64,000 nt of DNA from an uncultured Spirochaetota bacterium (GCA_963781885.1 CAWAHW010000001.1:544001-608000); one strand, 5' to 3'. Counted from the stretch's first letter, positions 40,520 to 51,863 are shown. Numbers and translations: made by a program. The notes: generated from the sequence alone by a model not told the origin.

Positions 40520-41082
40520 AGAATACGGTGCTCGTGGCCCTCCTGCGCGGCATCAATGTCGGAAACGCCAAGCGCGTGGCGATGGCGGACCTGCGCGCGC
40601 TGGTGGAGGGGCTGGGTTTTCGCGACGCGCGCACGCTCCTCAACAGCGGCAACGCGGTCTTCTCCGCTCCGGGCAAGAGCGCGCCTGCCCGCGCGGCGTC
40701 ATCGATCCAACGCGGTTTGGGGGAGAAACTCGGCGTCGCCGCGCGCGTGATCGTCGTGAGCGCGGAGGAGCTTTCCCGGGTCATCGCGGCGAATCCGTTT
40801 ACCGGAATCGCCGACAATCCCTCCCGGCTTCTCGTCGCGATACTGGCGGATGAGGCGGAGGGTGCAAAGCTTTCCGCCATCGCCGCGGCGGACTGGGGCA
40901 AGGAGCGTCTTGCTTTCGCGGCAGCGCGCGCCGTCTACTTGTGGATACCCGACGGCGTGATCCAAAGCAGGCTGTACGCCGCCGTGGCCAGGGCGCTGAA
41001 AGACGGCGTGACGGCGCGCAACTGGGCGACGATGCTGAAGCTGCAGGACATGACGCGGGGGATGGAACCTCGTCACCGTTGA
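40516..41082 (+). CDS. DUF1697 family protein
   Basis: VALLRGINVG..VAMADL..TLLNSGNAVF..TARNWAT. ATGA overlap with larA. Confidence 0.88.
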   Translation: MKNTVLVALLRGINVGNAKRVAMADLRALVEGLGFRDARTLLNSGNAVFSAPGKSAPARAASSIQRGLGEKLGVAARVIVVSAEELSRVIAANPFTGIADNPSRLLVAILADEAEGAKLSAIAAADWGKERLAFAAARAVYLWIPDGVIQSRLYAAVARALKDGVTARNWATMLKLQDMTRGMEPRHR

Positions 41083-41143
41083 AAGCGCGCCGCGCCGCGT
41101 GTGGATGATCCGCATCAGGCCGCGCGCGCGACAATGTTCTCGG

Positions 41144-42816
41144 TCAGGAGACGGGCCCTGGCGGCGGACCCTTTTTTTCCCGCTTTTCGGCCTCCGCTTC
41201 CAACACGTCCCGTACACGCTCCAGCAGGTTTTCCGCGGTAAAGGGCTTGAGGATGACGGACCGCGCCCCCTGCTCCATGAGATTGCGGGGCAGGAGCTCT
41301 CCGTAGTAGCCGCTGGCGATGAGGACATTGACCCCGGGGTCGACGCGGAGCAGCTCCTGCAGACATTGATAGCCGCCCATGCCGGGCATGTTGATGTCAA
41401 GGATCACGAGCGCAGGCGCCGTTTCCCGATAGCGCGTCACCGCCTCTTCCCCGCTGCGCGCGTGCACGAGCGCGTAGCCGCCGCCCTCCAGGACCTTGCT
41501 CTCCCATTTGAGGATGTGCTCGTCGTCATCCACGACGAGGATTTTTTCCCGGCCGGTGGGCATGTTCCTCGCGGCCCGGGGGCAATGGCGGGACCCGGCA
41601 GCGGCGCGCCCCCGGCGGGAAGTAAGATGTCGAACCTCGTGCCCTTGCCGGGCTCGCTCGTGCATGAAATGTGGCCGTGATGATTGGTGACGACGCCGTA
41701 GACGACGGAAAGCCCGAGCCCGGTCCCCCGGCCGATCTCTTTCGTCGTGAAAAAAGGGTCGTAGATGTGCGTGAGCGTTTCCGCATCCATGCCGATTCCC
41801 GTGTCGATGATGGAGAGCCGGACATAATCCCCTTCCTGAACCCCCGGGTGCTCTCGCACGGAAGTCCCGTCGAGCGTGACATTCCGCGTCTCGAAGACCA
41901 GACGGCCGCCATCTGGCATTGCATCGCGCGCGTTCAGGGAAAGATTCATGATGAGCTGAAGGACCTGGCCGGGGTCCGCGTCCACGGGCTTGAGATCCTC
42001 CGCGAGCAGGGTCTCCAGCCTGATCATCTTGGGAATCGTCCCCTCGAGGAGCCGCACGACTTCTGCGATGCTCGCGTTGATGTCCAGCGACTGGAAGGCG
42101 GTCTCTTCCTGTCGGCTGAAAAGGAGCAGCTGGCGCGTGAGGCGGATGGCATGATCCGTTGCCGACTCGATGACCTTGAGCCTGTCGATGTCCTCGTCAC
42201 CGCCCGTCCTTTCCGAAAGGATGAGACGCGTGTAGCCAGAGATCATCTGGAGCACATTGTTGAAATCGTGAGCGATCCCGCCGGCCAGGACCCCGACGGA
42301 TTCCAGCCGTTGGACCTCCAGCAGGCGGCTTTCCAGCTTTTTTCTCTCCGTCTCCATGCGCTCCCGTTCCGCGAGCTCGCGCGAGAGCTGGTCATTGGCC
42401 GCGCGAAGCTCCGCGGTCCCCGCGGCGACACGCGCCTCCAGCTCAGCCTGCGCCGCGCGGAGCGCGTTCTCCTGGATGCGTATCCGTCCCACGAGCTGGC
42501 CGACGAGACCGAAGGTCACGCTCATGGCAACCCCGGCAATCCCCTCGGGCCAATGGCCATTGGCCGCGAAGGTGACCGGCATCCCCGAGAAATGGAACAG
42601 GGCGAGGCTCGCGGCAGTGATCACGATTCCCGCGATCGCGCCGCCGACGGGCCCCAGGAGGTAGCCGGACACGGCGAATGCGATGATGGCAAACTCCAGG
42701 ACGCGGACATGCGCGATCCGATCGACCAGGAGGAAGAGGCCGGCATAAAAGAGCAGGGAACAGAGAGAAAGCGCAATGCTCGTTTTCCAGGGCAGGGGGA
42801 GAAGAAGTTTTCTCAT
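41144..42816 (-). CDS. Membrane hybrid histidine kinase-receiver, frameshift near 41590
   Basis: TM region, GGIAHDFNN, NLSLNARDAM, GTGLGL. The receiver (ILVVDDD, LDINMP) is in the next frame. Confidence 0.85.
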
Positions 42817-42932
42817 GACGGTGCCCACGGGTCGTGCATGCCCAACGAAGCATAGCACGCCCCGGAAATCAGAGAAAGGGAGAACGGCCGCGCAGAGCGC
42901 CGCTCTCGCCAGGGGGGCCTGCCGCCCCGGCC

Positions 42933-43598
42933 TCAGGGATGCAACCCCGCGGCCGGTCCGGCGCCTTGCGGCCTGTACTGCCCGCGCGCCTCCAGGTAAT
43001 GAGCCCACAGGAGACGCGCAGCCACCGAGCGCCAGGGCGCCCACCGGGCCGCGCGGGCACGCTGATCCTCCCGGCTGGGCAGGAAGCGCAAGCGCTTGAC
43101 CTCGCGCAGGGCGACGGCGAGGGCAAGGTCGCCCTGAGGCCAGACGTCGGGTCGCCGCAGGGCCATCAGGAAGTAGATGTCGATGCTCCATGGCCCGAGA
43201 CCGGGCACGCGCAGGAGCGCCTCGCGGCCTTCGTCATCCGGCAGGCCGGCGACCGCGGAGAGGTCGAGCGTCCCGTCCAGGATGCGCAGGGCAAGCCCGT
43301 GGCAGTACCGCGCCTTCTGCCGGGTGAGGCCCAGCTCCCGCAAGCCCTGCTCGCCGCAGGCGGCGAGGCTCGCCACGCTCATGCCGCCCAGCGCACGGCT
43401 GAGACGGGCGTACATCGTGCGCGCGGCGGCCAGTGACACCTGCTGCTCGAGTATGATGCGCACGAGGGTGGGAAAGCCGGGACGGCGTCCCCACAAGGGA
43501 GGTTCTCCGAGCCTTTCCAGTATGCGGCGAAGATCGCGATCCCGGGCGCCCAGCTCCCGGGCGCCCTCGCGCAGCGTGTCACGTGTCAGGGACCTCAT
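42933..43598 (-). CDS. alkA: DNA-3-methyladenine glycosylase II (HhH-GPD)
   Basis: ILEQQVS, GLTRQKA, PGLGPWSIDIYFLMALRRPDVWPQGDL, WAPWRS. Confidence 0.85.
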   Translation of the reverse strand: MRSLTRDTLREGARELGARDRDLRRILERLGEPPLWGRRPGFPTLVRIILEQQVSLAAARTMYARLSRALGGMSVASLAACGEQGLRELGLTRQKARYCHGLALRILDGTLDLSAVAGLPDDEGREALLRVPGLGPWSIDIYFLMALRRPDVWPQGDLALAVALREVKRLRFLPSREDQRARAARWAPWRSVAARLLWAHYLEARGQYRPQGAGPAAGLHP

Positions 43599-43701
43599 CG
43601 TCTTCCACTATCCCTCGCGCGCTCGTGATCGTCAAAGCCGCCCGGCCGCCGCGGAAGTGATGCCGGGCGGCGCCGCGCGGCGGGGAAGCCCGCGCGCCTC
43701 T

Positions 43702-46128
43702 CTACGCGTCCACGACGATGGTGAGCACCGTCCCGCTCGGGCCGGGAGGAATCACCGGGGAGACATGAGGCGCGCCCTGCACGGTGATCGTCGCGCCTTC
43801 GCGGCGGCCCGCGTTGCGGATCGTGATGCGGTATGTACAGCCCCGGAATATGCGCGTGATCTGCACCGAGGTGAAGTCCTTTGGGAGGCAGGGCTCGATG
43901 CGCAGGCCATCGAAGTCGGCGCGGACGCCGAGCATCCACTGCGACACGGCGATGAAATTCCATGCCGCCGTTCCCGTGAGCCACGAGTTCTTTGCCTCGC
44001 CGTGCCGTCGTGATGCCTTGCCCGCGATCATCTGCGCGTACACGTACGGCTCGGTGCGGTGCAGCTCCTGCATGCCCTCACGGTGGGCGGGGCTGATCCG
44101 CTTGTAGTAGTCGTAGGCGCGCTCGGGCCTTCCCGCGATGCATTCGGCGATCATGATCCAGGGGTTGTTGTGGCAGAAGACGCCGCCATTCTCCTTGAAG
44201 CCGGGGGGATAGGAGGAGACTTCGCCGAGCTCGATGTGATAGCGGCGGTACGGGGGATCGAGGATCACGATGCCGTGCGGCGTCGCCAGCCGCGCGTGCA
44301 CGGCCTCCAGCGCGGCCACGGGCCGACCGGTGTCCGCGCCGATCTGCGCCATGGCGCAGAAGGCATTCGATTCGATGAAGATCTGCCCGTCTTCGCATTC
44401 GTGCGAACCGACCTTTGCTCCCGCATCGTCGTAGGCGCGCAGGAACCATTCCCCGTCCCACCCGTGCGCGAGCACGGCGGCGCGCATGCCGGAAACGGCC
44501 CTCTCCGCGCGGCGCGCCTCCTCCGCGCGCCCCGACCGCCTGCAGATCTCGACGTAGTCGCGGCCGATGAGCACGAACATCCCGGCGATGAGCACCGATT
44601 CCGCGGTCCGCCCGTCCCTGCTCGTCGAGGTCTGGAAGGACTCGTTGGGGTCGGTGGAGAAGCAGTTCAGGTTCAGGCAGTCGTTCCAGTCCGCGCGGCC
44701 GATGAGGGGGAGCCCGTGCGGCCCCAGGTTGTTGAGGACGTGGTCGAATGACCGGGTGAGATGCGTGAAAAGGCTCGCGCGGTTGCCGGCGTCGTTGTCG
44801 AACGGCACCTGTTCGTCAAGGAATGCCCAGTCGCCGGTCTCCTTGATGTAGCCGGCCACGCCCATGATGAGCCAGAGCGGATCGTCGTTGAATCCGCCGC
44901 CCACGTCCGCGTTGCCCCGTTTCGTGAGCGGCTGGTACTGGTGCCAGGCGCCCCCGTCGGCGAACTGCGTGGAGGCGACGTCGAAGAGGCGCTGGCGCAC
45001 GCGGTCCGGCACTTGGTGCACGCAGCCCAGCAGGTCCTGGCTGGTGTCGCGGAAGCCGATGCCGCGGCCGATGCCGCTTTCAAAAAAGCTCGCGCTGCGT
45101 GCGAGGTTGCAGGTGACCATGCACTGGTACTGGTTCCAGATATTCACCATCCGGTCCAGCTTCTCGTCTCCCGACGCGACGGTGAAGCGTCCCAGGAGAT
45201 CGTCCCAGCGCGCGCGCAGCGCGTCGAGCTCCGCGTCCACCTTTGCGTCCGTGTCGAATCGCGCGCGCAGCGCGTCCGCCTTCTCCGTGTTGGGTCGGCC
45301 CGGTGCCTGCCACTTCCTGTCATCGGGGTTTTCCACGTACCCCAGGAGAAACACCATGCTCGTCTCTTCCGCCGGCGCGAGCTCCACGTCGATCTGGAAC
45401 CCGGCAATCGGCGACCAGCCCGGATCCCTGCCGTTGGCGAGCTTTCCGTTGGCCACCGCCTCGGGCCTCTCAAAGCCGCCGTAGACGCCGGTGAATGCGC
45501 GCCTGTCCGTCTCGAATGCCGCGATCGGCCTGTTCACCGAGTAGAAGGCGAAGTGGCTCCGCCGCTCGCGGTATTCCGTGAGGTGGTAGATGACGCTGCC
45601 GTCCACCGCGACCTCACCGGTGGACAGGTTCCTCTGGAAGTTGGTCATGTCGTCCAGGGCATTCCAGAAGCAGAACTCCGTGAGGGCAAAGAGCGTCAGG
45701 CGCTTCTTTTCAGCCGTGTTGTTCTTCAGCACCACGCGCTGGACCTCGCAGTCGGCGCCAACGGGCACGAAGAAAAGCACGTCCGCCTCCACGCCGTTCT
45801 TGCGCGCGCACAGCCGCGTATAGCCCATGCCGTGGCGGCAGACGGAGAAATCCAGCGGGGTGCGGGTCGGGCGCCAGCCGGGGTTCCAGATCGTCTCCCC
45901 GTCGCGGACATAGAAGAGCCTGCCATTGGAATCCAAGGGAACGTCGTTGTAGCGGTAGCGGGTGAGCCGGCGCAGGCGCGCGTCCTTGTAGAAGGAGTAG
46001 CCGCCGCCGGCGTTGGAGACCAGGGAGAAGAAGTCGTCGCTTCCCAGGTAATTGATCCACGGCCACGGGGTGTCAGGCCTTGTGATCACGTATTCGCGTC
46101 TGGCGTCGTCAAAGTGTCCGAAGCTCAT
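43702..46128 (-). CDS. GH94 cellobiose phosphorylase
   Basis: [56 protein letters not shown]. Confidence 0.9.
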   Translation of the reverse strand: MSFGHFDDARREYVITRPDTPWPWINYLGSDDFFSLVSNAGGGYSFYKDARLRRLTRYRYNDVPLDSNGRLFYVRDGETIWNPGWRPTRTPLDFSVCRHGMGYTRLCARKNGVEADVLFFVPVGADCEVQRVVLKNNTAEKKRLTLFALTEFCFWNALDDMTNFQRNLSTGEVAVDGSVIYHLTEYRERRSHFAFYSVNRPIAAFETDRRAFTGVYGGFERPEAVANGKLANGRDPGWSPIAGFQIDVELAPAEETSMVFLLGYVENPDDRKWQAPGRPNTEKADALRARFDTDAKVDAELDALRARWDDLLGRFTVASGDEKLDRMVNIWNQYQCMVTCNLARSASFFESGIGRGIGFRDTSQDLLGCVHQVPDRVRQRLFDVASTQFADGGAWHQYQPLTKRGNADVGGGFNDDPLWLIMGVAGYIKETGDWAFLDEQVPFDNDAGNRASLFTHLTRSFDHVLNNLGPHGLPLIGRADWNDCLNLNCFSTDPNESFQTSTSRDGRTAESVLIAGMFVLIGRDYVEICRRSGRAEEARRAERAVSGMRAAVLAHGWDGEWFLRAYDDAGAKVGSHECEDGQIFIESNAFCAMAQIGADTGRPVAALEAVHARLATPHGIVILDPPYRRYHIELGEVSSYPPGFKENGGVFCHNNPWIMIAECIAGRPERAYDYYKRISPAHREGMQELHRTEPYVYAQMIAGKASRRHGEAKNSWLTGTAAWNFIAVSQWMLGVRADFDGLRIEPCLPKDFTSVQITRIFRGCTYRITIRNAGRREGATITVQGAPHVSPVIPPGPSGTVLTIVVDA

Positions 46129-46133
46129 ACGCG

Positions 46134-46250
46134 TCAGCCCTTCACCGCAGAGGGAATGCCGCGGATGTATTCCGTGCACGGATAGATCGCCGTCGGGCAG
46201 ACCCGAGCCGATGTAAATGATGAGGACTGATTCTGAAGGGGCTCACCCAT
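46134..46250 (-). pseudogene. 38-codon ORF; relic of a carbohydrate ABC permease (MalG-type)
   Basis: Strong RBS AAGGAG. Encodes ..[18 protein letters not shown], and the overlapping frame reads [11 protein letters not shown]. Confidence 0.5.
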
Positions 46251-46285
46251 GGCCTTACTCCTTCCCGCCGTAGCCTTTCTCGACT

Positions 46286-47311
46286 TCAACGAGGGGTCTT
46301 TTCTCCGTCACGAGGCGCGACACAGGAGTCGCGCTCCACCAGATGCGGGGCGATGATCATCGCCTGACGCTCCGGTTCCCGTCCCGCCATCAGCTCGAAG
46401 AGCATCTGCACCGCCGCGGCAGCCAGCTCCTCGATGGGCTGGGCCACGGCCGTGATGCCGGGCGAGAGATGGGCGAAAAAGGGATGGTCGTCGAATGACA
46501 CCACGGAAATGTCATGCGGAACGGAAAGCCCCATCCCTGCGCAGGCCTTCAAGGTGCCCACGACGAGGTCACCCGCGGCCACGAAAATCGCGCTGACGGC
46601 CGGGCGGGAGAGCAGGATGCCCTGCGCGCAGCGGGCGGCTTCCAGTGCGTCATAGGAGCAGTGCACGACAACGGGATCCGGCAGACCGTGCTCCCGGAAG
46701 ACCTCCCGCGCCCCCCGGATGCGGTCATCCACGTACGGCAGCCAGTCTGGCCCCGCCAGAACAGCGACGCGGGCATGGCCTTTCGCCACCATGTGCTCGG
46801 AGGCGATGCGGGCGCCCCGCACGTTGTCCACGTCCACGTAGTAGGAGGAAATCTTGGCGCTGCGCCCCATCATCACGAAAGGAAGGCTCTTCAGGAGAAG
46901 CTCGGCGAGCTGCTTGTCGCCGAACTGCTCCGCCCCGATGATGGCGCCGTCGATGCGGCGGCCCTTCAGGATGGTCCGGAAGGCCGAATCCACGTCGTCC
47001 TCCGCCCGTGCCGTGGAAAGCAGGACATTGATGCCGCGGGCGGCTGCCTCCTGGGTGACCACGGTGAGGAACATCGGCCAGAACGTGCTCGTGAGTGTGT
47101 ACTTGCCCGTATGGGGAATCACGAAGCCCATCGTGTTCGTTTTACGGGCCGCAAGGCCCCGCGCGGACGCATTGGGATGAAAATCAAGGGATTCGACCAG
47201 CTTCATGACCCTTCGGCGCGTGTCTTCGCCGACGCCGGGAACGCCGTTGATGACTCTGGACACTGTGCCCTTCGAAACATGGGCCATTTCGGCAATATCG
47301 TTGATTGTCAA
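46286..47311 (-). CDS. LacI family transcriptional regulator
   Basis: TINDIAEMAHVSKGTVSRVIN, PNASARGL, VDVDN, DISVVSFDD. Confidence 0.93.
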   Translation of the reverse strand: MTINDIAEMAHVSKGTVSRVINGVPGVGEDTRRRVMKLVESLDFHPNASARGLAARKTNTMGFVIPHTGKYTLTSTFWPMFLTVVTQEAAARGINVLLSTARAEDDVDSAFRTILKGRRIDGAIIGAEQFGDKQLAELLLKSLPFVMMGRSAKISSYYVDVDNVRGARIASEHMVAKGHARVAVLAGPDWLPYVDDRIRGAREVFREHGLPDPVVVHCSYDALEAARCAQGILLSRPAVSAIFVAAGDLVVGTLKACAGMGLSVPHDISVVSFDDHPFFAHLSPGITAVAQPIEELAAAAVQMLFELMAGREPERQAMIIAPHLVERDSCVAPRDGEKTPR

Positions 47312-47334
47312 AGGTCGGTTCCGTCACACATTGC

Positions 47335-47432
47335 TGAAACTGTTTCCATGAGAACGGTTTCGTTCATGCATTTGTAACTGAGATTTTTGCCCATAAAACG
47401 AGACTTTGTCATAATTCCTTGCAACCGATTGC
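47335..47432 (-). promoter_or_regulatory. LacI-type operators upstream of the lacI-family gene
   Basis: TGAAACTGTTTCCA (47335-47348), GAACGGTTTC and GCAACCGATTGC (47421-47432) resemble LacI-family palindromes. Confidence 0.5.
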
Positions 47433-47592
47433 CCTGTATACCATCGGGAGATCACGCTGTCAAGAATTTTTTGGCAGTTATTTAATTGTTTATATTAAAG
47501 ATATTTACAACTCGACCAAAGACATCTTTCTCATCCGACGCGACGCCCGGCCCTATAAAGGAGTATTTTGATATACCGTTTTCGTAGTTGAT

Positions 47593-48621
47593 CTAAGGTG
47601 ACATCCGGGCGGCGTCTCGAGCGAATCGCTCCGCGAGCTTGCGGCCGGAAAGCCATGCTGCCTGGATGCCGCCTCCCGGCGAAAAGAGGTCGCCCGCGAT
47701 TCCCACGCGCGAGTCGCCCACCTTCATCTCGAGGGGTCCGGCGAGCTCATTGGCGCGATCCAGGCGGGAATACCTCCAGCGATGCACATGCATCCATTCC
47801 GGAGACTCAGCCCACGCACCCAGGCGCCGGCCGGCTGCCGCCAGGAGCTCCCGCGCCCATTCGTCCTTCGGCGTTTCCATGCGCTCGCGCGACCATTTTG
47901 GCGTGGCCTGGAGTGTCATGACCACCGTGTCGGATCCGGGGCGTTTCGAGGATTCATTGCTCAGGAGCATGAGGGCATGATCGTCCTCGGGATACTGGAT
48001 GTCGAAGTCCGGGACCGGCGCGCCGCGCGGGTAGCCGGCGATCACCGCGAGACAGGGAAGGCTCACGAAAAGCCGCAGGAGGGCCATGATTCCGTCGCGG
48101 CCTTCCGCCTCATCCAGCGCCGCCACGAACGGCATCGTCTGCTCCAACGCCATGGCAAGGACGAGGTCGCGGCCTTCCAGCCTTTCACCCGTGGTGCTCG
48201 TGACGTGCATGCCGCCCCTGGTCCTGCCGATCGCGGCGACCTGGGTCCGCAACCTGACGGAAAGACCCGCGGCAAGGGCCCGCGGGAAGGCGTTGATGCC
48301 GCCGCGGAGCGCCAGGCGCTTTTCATCGGGTGCGTACGCATCGGGCTGGCACGGGGAACCGCGGCCGAGCCTGCGCAGGGGCCAGTCCGGAAGGCAGTCG
48401 CTTCCGGCGGCTTGCTCCACCGCGGCGATAAATCGCGCGTCGCGGCCGTGGACGAAAAGGGGACCGTAGTCGGCTGGCTGTCCGCCAAATGACCGCGTCG
48501 CGCATCGGCCGCCCGGCTTGTCCGCCCTGTCGACCACCAGGACATCCGCGCCCGCCGTTGAAAGGCCGCGCGCACACTCCAACCCGGCGACACCGGCGCC
48601 GACGACGATGACATCGTGCAT
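47593..48621 (-). CDS. FAD-dependent oxidoreductase, renalase-like
   Basis: VVGAGVAGL, GGRCATR, DYGPLF, HRWRYS, AGD....GGIQAAWLSG. Confidence 0.82.
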   Translation of the reverse strand: MHDVIVVGAGVAGLECARGLSTAGADVLVVDRADKPGGRCATRSFGGQPADYGPLFVHGRDARFIAAVEQAAGSDCLPDWPLRRLGRGSPCQPDAYAPDEKRLALRGGINAFPRALAAGLSVRLRTQVAAIGRTRGGMHVTSTTGERLEGRDLVLAMALEQTMPFVAALDEAEGRDGIMALLRLFVSLPCLAVIAGYPRGAPVPDFDIQYPEDDHALMLLSNESSKRPGSDTVVMTLQATPKWSRERMETPKDEWARELLAAAGRRLGAWAESPEWMHVHRWRYSRLDRANELAGPLEMKVGDSRVGIAGDLFSPGGGIQAAWLSGRKLAERFARDAARMSP

Positions 48622-48764
48622 CTCCGACCCCCGGAGGTAACGATACGACGCTTCGCTGCCGCGGTCAAATGCCGGCATCTGGCTGCCGCGGGACTCCGTA
48701 AGAGAGGTGAGACTTTCCCTCACCGCGCGGACGGAGTATCTTGTGGGCAAGCACAGGAGAACAC

Positions 48765-49520
48765 ATGGCACTGACGCAGCAGCAGATCAAAGCGCTTCTG
48801 GACGAGAACAGCTGTCACGACTGCGAGGGCGTGGGCAGGGACAAGATATGCGTGCGCATCGCCGCCATTGCGGATCTCCCGTCGCGCTTCGGCAAATTCC
48901 AGGTGGTTGCCTTCTGGAACAACCGCGACGGCAAGGAGCACGCCGCCTTCGTCCACGGGGACGTGACCGATGCAGAGGACGTACCCGTGCGCCTGCACTC
49001 CGAGTGCCTCACCGGCGATGCCATCGGGTCCCTGCGCTGCGACTGCCGCGATCAGCTGGAAGCGGCGCTCACCACCATCGGCAAGCTGGACAGGGGCATC
49101 CTCCTCTACCTCCGGCAGGAAGGGCGCGGCATCGGCTTCCTCAACAAGATACGGGCCTACGGGCTGCAGGACCACGGCATGGACACCGTGGAGGCCAATC
49201 TCGCGCTGGGCTTCAAAGACGACGAGCGGGACTACAGCGTGGCGGCGCATATGATCTTCAGCTTGAAGGTGAAATCGATCAGGCTGATGACGAATAATCC
49301 GAAGAAGATCGGCGGCCTGGAGCGGCTCGGGGTGAAGATCACCGGGCGCATCCCCCACATCATGGCCCCCAACCAGTTCAACCGCTTCTATCTGGAGACG
49401 AAGAAGGAAAAGTCGGGCCACCTGCTGGATCCACTGGGCAAGGAGCATCTCGTCGAGCAGCTGGACAGGCCCGTGCTGGAAGGCATGACGCCCGAGATCG
49501 CGGAGCGGCTGCAGGACTGA
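48765..49520 (+). CDS. ribA: GTP cyclohydrolase II
   Basis: VRLHSECLTGD..GSLRCDC..QL, QEGRGIG, DERDY, MTNNPKK. Confidence 0.92.
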   Translation: MALTQQQIKALLDENSCHDCEGVGRDKICVRIAAIADLPSRFGKFQVVAFWNNRDGKEHAAFVHGDVTDAEDVPVRLHSECLTGDAIGSLRCDCRDQLEAALTTIGKLDRGILLYLRQEGRGIGFLNKIRAYGLQDHGMDTVEANLALGFKDDERDYSVAAHMIFSLKVKSIRLMTNNPKKIGGLERLGVKITGRIPHIMAPNQFNRFYLETKKEKSGHLLDPLGKEHLVEQLDRPVLEGMTPEIAERLQD

Positions 49521-49558
49521 GCTCTCCTGAGCAGGCCCCCGTCTCCCGATAATGAACC

Positions 49559-50365
49559 GTGAACCTTCAATCACGTACGGTCCTGCTCGTCGGCGCCGTC
49601 TTGCTCGCCTTTTCCCCGGTCGCCGGCGCATCCGGCGCCCGCATCAGCGCGGACTTCTCCCTGTCCTCCCGCGATGTGACGGCAATGATCCAGACCCTGC
49701 CGAAAGCCGTCCAGGAGCGCATCCTTTCGGACACGGAGGGCTTCTTTCAGCTCGTCGCGGCCGTTCTGGATGAGAGCCCGGACTTTTTCCTCCTGGTCGA
49801 CAAGACGCATGCCCTGCCCGCCGACTACGTTCCACCCGATCTCGTGTCGCTGGCCGACTATGCGCTGAGCGTCAGCCGGCGCGACGTCACGATCCGCAAG
49901 GCCATCATGGGCGCGGCCGTGCAAATGGCAAAGGCGGCGCAGGCGGACGGTGCAATGCTCCTGTTCTCATCCGGGTATCGCTCCTACGAGGACCAGAAAT
50001 CGGTCTACCATCGGGAGGTGGAGGAATACGGCCAGGCCGCCGCGGACCGGGAGTCGGCGCGTCCCGGCTATTCCCAGCATCAGATGGGCACGGCCATCGA
50101 CTTCGGCTCCATCACGGATGCATTCGCCGAGACCCGCGCGGGGAAGTGGCTTGCCCTTCACGCGGAGGAATACGGCTTTTCCCTCTCGTACCCCGACGGC
50201 TTCGAGTCCGTCACCGGTTATCGGCACGAGAGCTGGCACTACCGTTACATCACGCGCGCCGGAACGCGCCTGCAGAAGGAATACTTCAGCGACATCCAGC
50301 AATACATGATGGAGTTCCTCTCCGGGAACAGGAAGGCGCTCGAGGAAAAACGCCGCCGGCACTAG
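49559..50365 (+). CDS. M15B D-alanyl-D-alanine carboxypeptidase (VanY/LdcB-like)
   Basis: Signal peptide, SGYRSY, SARPGYSQHQMGTAIDF, ESWHYRY. Confidence 0.88.
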   Translation: MNLQSRTVLLVGAVLLAFSPVAGASGARISADFSLSSRDVTAMIQTLPKAVQERILSDTEGFFQLVAAVLDESPDFFLLVDKTHALPADYVPPDLVSLADYALSVSRRDVTIRKAIMGAAVQMAKAAQADGAMLLFSSGYRSYEDQKSVYHREVEEYGQAAADRESARPGYSQHQMGTAIDFGSITDAFAETRAGKWLALHAEEYGFSLSYPDGFESVTGYRHESWHYRYITRAGTRLQKEYFSDIQQYMMEFLSGNRKALEEKRRRH

Positions 50366-50410
50366 TCCTCATATCGAAAAAATCTCTCGCATTCGGACAG
50401 AAGTCGGGTT

Positions 50411-51844
50411 ATGATCGGCGAGGCACGAGGACGGAAAGCGGCAACCCTGAGTAACCAGACCGGTTCGTCCATACGCATTCTCATCGTCGATGACGAGGAC
50501 CAGGTCCTCCAGTTCCTCACGGATTTTCTCACCCACATCGGCTACGACGTGGAGGGAGCTTCCGGCGGGGCGCCCGCCCTTGACCGTATCGAAAAAAGCC
50601 ATTTCGACATCCTGCTCCTCGACCTGAAGATGCCCGGCATGGACGGTCTGGAGGTCCTGCGCCGCGCGCGCGACTTGGACAGCGGGCTTTCTGTCATCAT
50701 CATGACCGGCTATGCGACGCTGGAGGCGGCGCTCTCCGCCTTGAAGCTGGGCGCGGATGACTTCCTGCTCAAGCCGCTGGAGCTCGAGGTCCTCCAGCTC
50801 GCGCTGGACCGGACGCTGAGCCACCGGCGGCTCCGCATGGAGAATGCGCTCCTGCAGGAGCGCATGGCGTCGCTCGGCCATTCCCACGGCATCATCACCC
50901 GCAGCAAATCCATGGAGGACATCCTCACCCTGGCGGCCAAGGTGGCGCCCCTGCGGAGCACCATCCTCATCCAGGGGGAGAGCGGCACGGGCAAGGAGCT
51001 GCTCGCGCGCGCCATCCACGCGGGCAATCCCCGGCCCGATCGGCCTTTCGTGGCCATCAACTGCGGCGTCATTCCGCTCACGCTCCTGGAAAGCGAGCTG
51101 TTCGGGCACGAGCGCGGATCGTTCACCGGCGCGGAAGCGCGGCGCGTCGGATACTTCGAGGCAGCCGCCGGCGGGACGATCTTTCTCGACGAGATCTCCG
51201 AGACCTCGCTCGATCTCCAGGTGAAGCTGCTGCGGGTGCTGCAGGAGCGCACGTTCCGGCGGGTGGGCGGGGCGGAAGAGATCGCCACGGACGCCCGGGT
51301 CATCGTGTCCACCAACCGCAATCTCGAGGAGGAGATAAAGGCAGGGCGGTTCCGGCAGGACCTCTACTATCGCCTGAACGTCATCATCCTCCGCGTGCCG
51401 CCCCTGCGCCAACGGCCGGAAGACATCTCCGTGCTCGCCCATTACTTCCTCGCGAAATACAGCGGCGAGTTCGGGAAAAAGGGCCTGGCGATCTCCTCCC
51501 CGGCCATGGAGCGGCTTCTGGCGCACACCTGGCCGGGCAACGTACGGGAGCTGGAAAACGCCGTCGAGCGTGCCGTTGCGCTCTCCGATGGTGGTGCAAT
51601 CGATGCCACCGACATCCTTCCTCAAACGTCCGGTGCCCCGTCGGCGGCGGCTACCCCCGATCTCCCCCACGCGGTTCCGACTTACGTGGACGCAAGAACG
51701 ATTTTCGAGCGCGACTATCTCAACCGGTTGCTGAAGGCGACGGGTGGCAATGTCACCGAGGCGTCCCGGCTGGCGGGGATAGCGCGTCAGAATCTCTATG
51801 CAAAGATAAAGAAGCTTGGTCTTTCGAAAGCAGGCCAGATATAG
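50411..51844 (+). CDS. Sigma-54-dependent response regulator (NtrC/AtoC family)
   Basis: Receiver domain, GESGTGKE, ESELFGHERGSFTGA, FLDEI, WPGNVREL, Fis-type HTH. Confidence 0.93.
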   Translation: MIGEARGRKAATLSNQTGSSIRILIVDDEDQVLQFLTDFLTHIGYDVEGASGGAPALDRIEKSHFDILLLDLKMPGMDGLEVLRRARDLDSGLSVIIMTGYATLEAALSALKLGADDFLLKPLELEVLQLALDRTLSHRRLRMENALLQERMASLGHSHGIITRSKSMEDILTLAAKVAPLRSTILIQGESGTGKELLARAIHAGNPRPDRPFVAINCGVIPLTLLESELFGHERGSFTGAEARRVGYFEAAAGGTIFLDEISETSLDLQVKLLRVLQERTFRRVGGAEEIATDARVIVSTNRNLEEEIKAGRFRQDLYYRLNVIILRVPPLRQRPEDISVLAHYFLAKYSGEFGKKGLAISSPAMERLLAHTWPGNVRELENAVERAVALSDGGAIDATDILPQTSGAPSAAATPDLPHAVPTYVDARTIFERDYLNRLLKATGGNVTEASRLAGIARQNLYAKIKKLGLSKAGQI

Positions 51845-51863
51845 TATATGTGATAATGCTATA

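Noticed and set aside
49559-50365. VanY as part of a vancomycin resistance cluster
   Set aside because: No vanHAX or vanRS genes are nearby. It is most likely a housekeeping M15 carboxypeptidase.
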